DNA of 64,000 nt. Source: an uncultured Bacteroidales bacterium. GTDB lineage: Bacteria > Bacteroidota > Bacteroidia > Bacteroidales > FEN-979. The DNA is taken from NCBI GenBank assembly GCA_903929315.1, contig CAIYUC010000066.1:74986-138985 (forward strand). Direction: 5' to 3'. Position numbers and translations under genes: made by a program. Shown here one piece after another: positions 58,135 through 64,000 of the stretch. The notes beneath the pieces are model-generated. The model saw only the letters and a list, made by a program, of their open reading frames with translations, made no database searches and had not been told where the DNA came from. Within the stretch, counting starts at the first letter, position 1. Every line of letters begins with the position of its first letter.

Positions 58135-61032
58135 TTAATAATTTATTGAGTAAAGGAATTCAAACCCCCAGGAATTGGTATCGGGGAAATAAATGCTTCG
58201 AACACCAAATTCGAAAGGGATCAGGAATCGCAAAATATGAAGATCTGCCATAAGTTCTAACCCTGCTGACCTGTAAATGCTCAGGTTCTTATCCAGGGTG
58301 CCTTCTGCATAATCGTAAAAAAGATTCAGCTTGAATCTCTTGAAATAGAGTAAGGAACCGAGGCTGAGATCAGGATAAAACAGAGGAAACTTGTAATTCA
58401 GGCTGAGACTGTACAGATCTTTGCTTTCCTGACCGGTGAATCCTCTTGGATAATTTATAATATCAGAGAACTGGTAAAAAGAAAAAGGATTGATCTTACT
58501 TTCCTGGATCCCGCCATAGAACCGGAAACTATGATGATTGAAGAACCCGGGGAAAAAAAGATTAGTGGCAACACTAATAATGGAACCCATGGAATTTCCC
58601 TGAAATGGTGTATCCCTGAATTGAAAATCAATGGTCTGACCCCATTTTGGAAACATATCCTTCGGATTTGACCGGATATAGTTAGAAGCATACAACCGGT
58701 AATTCATTGTTTGGATCAGTCCTTTCGTATAAAATGAAGGTGTTCCGGAAGTATGGATCACGTCGAGGAGTGAGGTCCCTATGGAAGGAGTTACAAACCT
58801 GTAATATTTACCATGTGTAAAATTCCAGGGGATACTGATAGTACCGGTAAAATTCATCTCCTCCCATTTGAAAGGTATAGCTTCAGATGATTTCCGGATG
58901 ATATAATATGAAGATCTTCCACCATAACTAAAAGTAAGGTCAAAGACCGGATACAAACCCTGGTAGCTCAGATCAGCAAAGACTTTCCCGGTTCCTTCGT
59001 TGATATTGTAATCATACCCGGCGGTGGCAATAGTAGTGCTCAGTACATTCTGGGAGAGAAATGAAACTCCCGGGTGAAGCATCAGGTTATTAATATCGAA
59101 TGAAGCAGGAGCCCAACTATGAATGTTGAAAAGAGTTAACCCTTTATGGTATTTTTTTGATTTAAAAATCGTCCCTCTGATTGAATCTTTTGCAAGATCA
59201 TAATCAGTATTTTGAATCATCTTGTAAATGTTATAATGCAACACACTATCCTGAATGTTAATCTTTTCTTGCAGAGCCAGTGAGTTGTATAATTTTATAG
59301 AATTATCCTTTACATTCGCGAGAGCGATCCATTTAGTCGTATCGAGCCTTGTTTCAGCAATCATTGACCCGTCAGAACTGTATTCGGAATAGATCATCCG
59401 TTGATGATCTGCAGTGAAATTTGGATCCCGGGCTCCAAACCTTGAGGATGTAACCTGATAGATTTGCCGGGTCAGGGTATCGACAGCATAAATATTTTCA
59501 ATTCCGGAATAGTCGCCGGTATACAGGATGTAATGTTTATAAAAAAAAGAAGGACCGGAAATTTTGTTATAGTCATAGGGAACATATTGGGTAAACTTTC
59601 CTGTCGTGAGATTGAGCAGTCCTACGCATTTTCCTTTTTCATTTAACAGAGTCATGGTGATTTTGGTATTATTATCATTCCATGAAGGAGTGATCGCCAA
59701 TGCTTTATTCCCAAAATTAAACGTTTTTAAAAGTTTTCCTGTTTTGATATCAAGGATAACAAGGGAGGATTCATTATTTAATGTCACATGAATGGCTGCT
59801 ACTTTTGTTCCATCCGGGGAGATCCTTGCTGCAAAATAGCGTGATCGTTTAGTCAGGTTCCGGATTTTTTTAGTATGTATGTCATACACTTTAATGATTG
59901 TATAATCCCTGTTATTCCATCGTATATCAGGCGCTGCTTCGACCCATACCAATAAGTTGCCGGCTACAGATACCGATTGGTTTAAATACAACCCGGGAGT
60001 AAATAATTTTTTCTCCCGTCCGTGATTATTTACCAGAACAAAGCGATCAATATCGTCCATGGATTTTTTTTCAGCAATAAAAGTTGAGTCATTTAATTGG
60101 CAAGGGAGCTGGTATAGTGTAAAGTTCTTTGGATCCGGCTTCGTGACCAGCCTGTGATCAGTGTAAATTATCCCGGTTGCCTGTTGCGACCATAAACGAT
60201 CCAGTTCTGAAAGAGTTTGACTGTATAATTTAACTTTGGGTAGTCCTGTGATCTTTTTGATGCCGCTGGAAAAAGGTATTACTATAAAGGGGTATTTGGC
60301 TACACGATCCAGTGTGGAATTCCACAATCCGGCGCTGTACATTTCTCTTGTTTTTGCGACAAGGAAATACCCTAATGAATAATAATCGGGAACGAAAGTT
60401 TTATACGAACCGAGAACAGCTTTGTCATAGGAATATTGTCCTTTTTCCAAAAGCTGTGCCCGCAAAGTGCTTTCAAAACCGGCAAGTCGACCCCTGCCTG
60501 AAGCAGAAAGCGCTGTCTCTATGGAAACTGCATCCCCTTCAAGGAACCAACGGGGAATATATAGACCCAATACGGTGCCCGTTACCTGCTCTCCGAATAA
60601 GTAATACAATATCCGGGTAAACCCTCTGTTCATCTTACTGGTCTGTACCGCATGCCTATACTCATGGATCGCCAGCTGTTCAAGCCATTCTTCTCCATAT
60701 ATATCCTGCGGAGGACACGGATACATTTCAATTCTTTTCGGAGCCCAAACAGTAACGCCATTCGAAACAGAGGATTGCTGGTGAATGACAATGGGAATTT
60801 TCGGGACTTTTGCAGAGAGTGTGTGGGTGTCACTCCGGACGACCATCTCAAGGATATTACTGAGATACTGCGAATTTTTTTCGAAAGAGGCAGGATAAAT
60901 AAGTTTGAATCTTTTGGTATTGATTTGCCTCCAATGAATCGAAGCAGGATCTGTACCTGTCGTGAAATATTGAGCCGGACTGCTTTTGCAAAGTATTATA
61001 AACAGGAATGGAATAATTAGAAGTTGTTTCAT
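58135..61032 (-). CDS. Exported multidomain protein: HExxH metalloprotease-like N-domain, PD40/TolB-like beta-propeller repeats, beta-barrel-like C-terminus
   Basis: Signal peptide MKQLLIIPFLFIILCKSSPAQ, then AIHEYRHAV, ARISPDGTKVAA and DPNFTADHQRMIYSEY. The C-terminus ends ...FEFLYSINY. Confidence 0.65.
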   Translation of the reverse strand: MKQLLIIPFLFIILCKSSPAQYFTTGTDPASIHWRQINTKRFKLIYPASFEKNSQYLSNILEMVVRSDTHTLSAKVPKIPIVIHQQSSVSNGVTVWAPKRIEMYPCPPQDIYGEEWLEQLAIHEYRHAVQTSKMNRGFTRILYYLFGEQVTGTVLGLYIPRWFLEGDAVSIETALSASGRGRLAGFESTLRAQLLEKGQYSYDKAVLGSYKTFVPDYYSLGYFLVAKTREMYSAGLWNSTLDRVAKYPFIVIPFSSGIKKITGLPKVKLYSQTLSELDRLWSQQATGIIYTDHRLVTKPDPKNFTLYQLPCQLNDSTFIAEKKSMDDIDRFVLVNNHGREKKLFTPGLYLNQSVSVAGNLLVWVEAAPDIRWNNRDYTIIKVYDIHTKKIRNLTKRSRYFAARISPDGTKVAAIHVTLNNESSLVILDIKTGKLLKTFNFGNKALAITPSWNDNNTKITMTLLNEKGKCVGLLNLTTGKFTQYVPYDYNKISGPSFFYKHYILYTGDYSGIENIYAVDTLTRQIYQVTSSRFGARDPNFTADHQRMIYSEYSSDGSMIAETRLDTTKWIALANVKDNSIKLYNSLALQEKINIQDSVLHYNIYKMIQNTDYDLAKDSIRGTIFKSKKYHKGLTLFNIHSWAPASFDINNLMLHPGVSFLSQNVLSTTIATAGYDYNINEGTGKVFADLSYQGLYPVFDLTFSYGGRSSYYIIRKSSEAIPFKWEEMNFTGTISIPWNFTHGKYYRFVTPSIGTSLLDVIHTSGTPSFYTKGLIQTMNYRLYASNYIRSNPKDMFPKWGQTIDFQFRDTPFQGNSMGSIISVATNLFFPGFFNHHSFRFYGGIQESKINPFSFYQFSDIINYPRGFTGQESKDLYSLSLNYKFPLFYPDLSLGSLLYFKRFKLNLFYDYAEGTLDKNLSIYRSAGLELMADLHILRFLIPFEFGVRSIYFPDTNSWGFEFLYSINY

Positions 61033-61172
61033 TGTTGGAGCGTTGCAAAAAGGCTGGAAACAAAAGTAATATACATTTTTAAAAGCTCCCAAAAGAAATA
61101 ACAAGCCATTCGCAATTTTGGGCTGGCAGACTATTTTTAATGTAGAACAATTCCATATTAGGATTTAATCTA

Positions 61173-61180
61173 TATCTTTG
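61173..61180 (+). promoter_or_regulatory. Candidate -7 box (TATCTTTG) upstream of the small ORF / TonB-receptor pair
   Basis: The TAnnTTTG match lies only 4 nt before ATG 61185. Either the mRNA is nearly leaderless or the ORF start is wrong. Confidence 0.3.
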
Positions 61181-61184
61181 CACA

Positions 61185-61505
61185 ATGTTTTGCATTCGCC
61201 GTTACATATCTGTTTTATTATTGGTTTGTCTCCTGCCGGTCATCACTCCTAAAGAGTTTATTCATGCTTTGATGGGACATGATGACACAGAGTGCTATTA
61301 TCATTCAAATCTGACAGTTGGCAAGATTCACCAGCATTGCAAAATATTGCAGATCACGGCTTCCTCCTTTATAGCAGACCTGAAGAATTATTTATTGCAT
61401 AGTGTTTTTCAAAGAGCCATTTATTTCTTTTCAGCACGATCATTCATTTATGGTATTTCATTCCACCTTTCATACTTGCGGGCTCCCCCGGTAAATAATA
61501 TCTGA
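61185..61505 (+). CDS. Hypothetical small membrane protein with a His/Cys-rich segment
   Basis: N-terminal TM, then FIHALMGHDDTECYYH...HQHC. It precedes a TonB-dependent receptor gene. Confidence 0.45.
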   Translation: MFCIRRYISVLLLVCLLPVITPKEFIHALMGHDDTECYYHSNLTVGKIHQHCKILQITASSFIADLKNYLLHSVFQRAIYFFSARSFIYGISFHLSYLRAPPVNNI

Positions 61506-61627
61506 ATTTAAGGCAGATATCCTTCTGATAATCTGTTAAATTCCTTTTTCCATTATTTATTTAAATCTAAAAGGTCATTGAGATTTTTCTTTTGGTCTCA
61601 AATAATGATCTCTTAAAATCAATAGTT

Positions 61628-64000
61628 ATGAAGACTTATAAAAAAGAATGTTATTTATTTATCCTTGGATTATTGTTGGCTGCCAATCTGTTTTCCCAAG
61701 TGACTTTAACAGGAAAGGTCATCGAAAAAAAAACAGGGCTTCCGTTGTTCGGGGTTGACCTTTTTATTCCTGAGCTACAGGTCGGAGCAGCAACCGATAC
61801 TTCAGGTCTTTACAAAATCGTTCATCTTCCCAAAAGAAAGATACTTATCGAAATCAGCTCTTTAGGTTATAAAAGTATTATAGTGGATGTGGATCTGACA
61901 ACGATCAGGACAATGGATTTTTCACTTGAAGAATCCCCTGAAGTGATGAATGAGATCGTGGTAACAGGTACCTCAAAAGCAACGGAGATCAGGAAAGACC
62001 CGGTCCCTATACTGGTACTTGACAGAAAAGGGATTGATCAGAATCTGAACACCAATATTATTGATGCGATAGCAAAACTTCCCGGTGTTGATGCTGTTAC
62101 TACCGGTCCTAATATCTCCAAGCCATTTATCCGCGGATTGGGCTATAATCGTGTATTAACATTGTTTGACGGTATAAGGCAGGAAGGACAGCAATGGGGA
62201 GACGAACATGGTATTGAAGTGGACGAAAATGCCATTAATAAGGTGGAGATAGTGAAAGGCCCTGCAAGCTTGATCTATGGTTCAGATGCACTGGCAGGGG
62301 TTGTGAATTTAATTCCTTTCCCACCGGTACAGAGTGGTACTATAAAGGGTAGCTTTTTAGCAGACTATCAAACGAATAATGGTTTGTTTGGTGGTTCTTT
62401 CGCAGAAGATGGCAACAATAACGGGCTGATATGGGGTGGCAGGATTTCCCATAAGGAGGCCAAGGATTATCAGAACAAATATGATGGCCGTGTTTACAAT
62501 ACAGGTTTCCGGGAAACAGATGCAAGTGCTTATGCAGGAATTAATAAACATTGGGGATATTCCCATCTCAACTTTTCTCTTTATGACGATCTGCAGGAGA
62601 TACCGGATGGCAGCCGTGATTCCGCTACCCGCAAGTTTACCAGGCAAATCACGGAAGCAGATACCCTCAGACCCATTGTAAGTGATGCTGAACTGAATTC
62701 CTACAAAATTTCCGTCCTGCATCAGCATATTCAGCATTACCGGTTGTATTCATCAAACAGTATTTATCTTGATGATAGCAAGATCGGGATTGTGTTAGGC
62801 TACCAGCAAAATGTCAGGCAGGAATTCAGTCATCCCCAGGCTCCTGAAACCGCCGGCTTATATCTTATACTTAATTCATTGACTTATGACCTGAAATATT
62901 ATCTGCCCACTCTGAAATGCTGGGAAATTACCATCGGTGTGAACGGCATGTATCAGATGAATGCAAATAAAGGCACAGAATTTATTATTCCCGATTACCT
63001 GGAGTTTGATATCGGACCTTTTGCACTGGTAAAAAAATCATTTAAGAAGCTGGATCTAAGTGCCGGGGTGAGATTTGATACCCGTTATTTCAGTAGCAGC
63101 CGTATGTTTACCCGGCCGGATCCGCAGACAGGTTTTGATATGCAGGTCACACCACCTGATACTGCCGAGGCTGCCGAACCGTTCATGGATTTTAAACATA
63201 CCTTTTCAGGGTTGTCGGCAAGCTTAGGAGCGACGTATACGATCAATCAAAATTTCAGTATTAAAGCCAATGTTGCCCGTGGATTCCGTGCACCCAACAT
63301 CGCGGAAATATCCGCAAATGGTGTTCATCCGGGTACGAATATTTACCAGATCGGAAATCCGGGTTTCAAACCTGAATTCAGCCTGCAGGAGGACGTCGGC
63401 TTGTTCTATTCCTCTAAATCTGTAATAGCAAGCATCGAATTGTTCAACAATGATATTTCCAATTATATCTTTAACCAGAAAGTTTTAAACCATCTCGGAC
63501 AGGATTCGATCATTGTCCGCGGAAACGAAACTTTTCAGTTTCAGCAATCGCAAGCAGAATTATATGGTGGTGAAGCAAGTCTCGATATCCATTTTTTCGA
63601 ATGGTTACATTTTGAAAACTCCCTTTCAGTCATCTATGCGTTAAATAAAGGAGGTAATGGAGTAAAAATTAACGATAGTTCCAGATACTTGCCGTTCATT
63701 CCGCCGATACATACGCATACCGAAGTGCGTATCGAATTTCCGCGGAATTTAAAACATCTTTCATCCATCTATGCAAAAATTGATATGGAATATTATGCAA
63801 AACAAAACCGGGTTTACCTGGCTGACAATACCGAAACGCCAACACCCGGATATACACTTTTTGATGCAGGGTTGGGAGCAAGTGTTACCAGGAGTTCGGG
63901 CAAAGTATTATTCAGCTTTCATATTGCAGCTAATAATATATTTGATATTGCTTATCAATCGCACCTGAGCAGGTTAAAATATTTCGAACAGTACCCTGAT
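61628..64000 (+). CDS. TonB-dependent receptor with a CarboxypepD_reg N-domain, 3'-truncated by the window edge (not in the ORF track because no stop is reached)
   Basis: Manual translation gives MKTYKKECYLFILGLLLAANLFSQVTLTGKVIEKKTGLPLFGVDLFIP...IVVTGTSKATE...IDAIAKLPGVDAVTTGPNISKPFIRGLGYNRVLTLFDGIRQEGQQWGDEHG...VEIVKGPASLIYGSDALAGVVNLI, and later FRAPNIAEISANGVHPGT. The frame is open through base 64000. Confidence 0.9.
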   Translation, partial: MKTYKKECYLFILGLLLAANLFSQVTLTGKVIEKKTGLPLFGVDLFIPELQVGAATDTSGLYKIVHLPKRKILIEISSLGYKSIIVDVDLTTIRTMDFSLEESPEVMNEIVVTGTSKATEIRKDPVPILVLDRKGIDQNLNTNIIDAIAKLPGVDAVTTGPNISKPFIRGLGYNRVLTLFDGIRQEGQQWGDEHGIEVDENAINKVEIVKGPASLIYGSDALAGVVNLIPFPPVQSGTIKGSFLADYQTNNGLFGGSFAEDGNNNGLIWGGRISHKEAKDYQNKYDGRVYNTGFRETDASAYAGINKHWGYSHLNFSLYDDLQEIPDGSRDSATRKFTRQITEADTLRPIVSDAELNSYKISVLHQHIQHYRLYSSNSIYLDDSKIGIVLGYQQNVRQEFSHPQAPETAGLYLILNSLTYDLKYYLPTLKCWEITIGVNGMYQMNANKGTEFIIPDYLEFDIGPFALVKKSFKKLDLSAGVRFDTRYFSSSRMFTRPDPQTGFDMQVTPPDTAEAAEPFMDFKHTFSGLSASLGATYTINQNFSIKANVARGFRAPNIAEISANGVHPGTNIYQIGNPGFKPEFSLQEDVGLFYSSKSVIASIELFNNDISNYIFNQKVLNHLGQDSIIVRGNETFQFQQSQAELYGGEASLDIHFFEWLHFENSLSVIYALNKGGNGVKINDSSRYLPFIPPIHTHTEVRIEFPRNLKHLSSIYAKIDMEYYAKQNRVYLADNTETPTPGYTLFDAGLGASVTRSSGKVLFSFHIAANNIFDIAYQSHLSRLKYFEQYPD

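Noticed and set aside
1-64000. Alternative genetic code or stop-codon reassignment as an explanation for repeats that start exactly at stop codons.
   Set aside because: TAA, TAG and TGA all terminate well-conserved proteins at the expected lengths (for example ung, tgt, hutU, the prolyl oligopeptidase and gpmA). The 7-, 10- and 11-bp periods are incompatible with coding extensions.
1-64000. tRNA, rRNA, tmRNA, riboswitch or other classical RNA genes in the larger intergenic gaps.
   Set aside because: I saw no cloverleaf-compatible or conserved-core sequences by eye. The gaps are accounted for by repeats and promoters. This needs confirmation with tRNAscan/Infernal.

Overview
This is a 64-kb fragment of an AT-rich chromosome that looks like an anaerobic Bacteroidota. 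Support for that origin: TAnnTTTG-type -7 boxes, a CarboxypepD_reg-type TonB receptor, DUF2723, an SBBP/FISUMP adhesin, and LptD/OstA/MlaD envelope genes. I can support about 48 protein genes. I saw no rRNA, tRNA or CRISPR-cas. Well-recognised housekeeping genes are gpmA, radC, birA, ung, ispE, tgt, hutU, ridA, a prolyl oligopeptidase, an Amidase_3/SPOR amidase, an MFS sugar porter and an LptF/G permease. Less ordinary coding content: (1) A NuoE-like/NuoF-like/giant fusion-subunit operon (625-6738). Its third subunit inserts a GltD-type NAD(P)H module into a NuoG/FdhA-like scaffold whose Mo-bisPGD-like domain has lost the Cys/Sec ligand. I read this as a Stn/Nfn-like flavin-based transhydrogenase. 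(2) Three divergent PPDK/PEP-synthase-like proteins. Two are receiver-linked paralogs with an unassigned GPGRWGS...HFFxN C-terminal module (3-605, 7403-10369). The third is an 888-aa PPDK-like protein with an ATP-grasp domain and a swivel-His domain but no PEP/pyruvate TIM barrel (18982-21648). (3) A sigma / membrane anti-sigma-like / exported TPR-CHAT protease cluster (46386-50619). (4) A 1728-aa adhesin with a C9 tract at its 5' end. (5) An MbnP/MbnH-like pair, plus DUF4160/DUF2442 and PIN/DUF6364 pairs. The most striking sequence-level signal is in the intergenic DNA, which is saturated with several repeat systems. First, a GC-rich REP hairpin (GGCGCGCGTCTCTGACGCGTGCC, about 15 copies by eye plus a covarying subtype) surrounds a RAYT/IS200-like gene (21898-22464) and forms three higher-order tandem arrays. 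Second, about 165-bp GGGG...CCCC-bounded palindromic elements have arms built of short words (CACAAAG or CGCAGA types). Third, shorter ACCGCAAAG/ACCACAATG hairpins occur at several loci. Fourth, 7- to 11-bp tandem oligomer arrays (ATnCCnG heptads, GTTATTC 10/11-mers and others) often start or end within a base or two of stop codons. These arrays bracket the sigma/CHAT cluster and the mlaD-like gene. All functional assignments come from motif recognition by eye. No database search was run.
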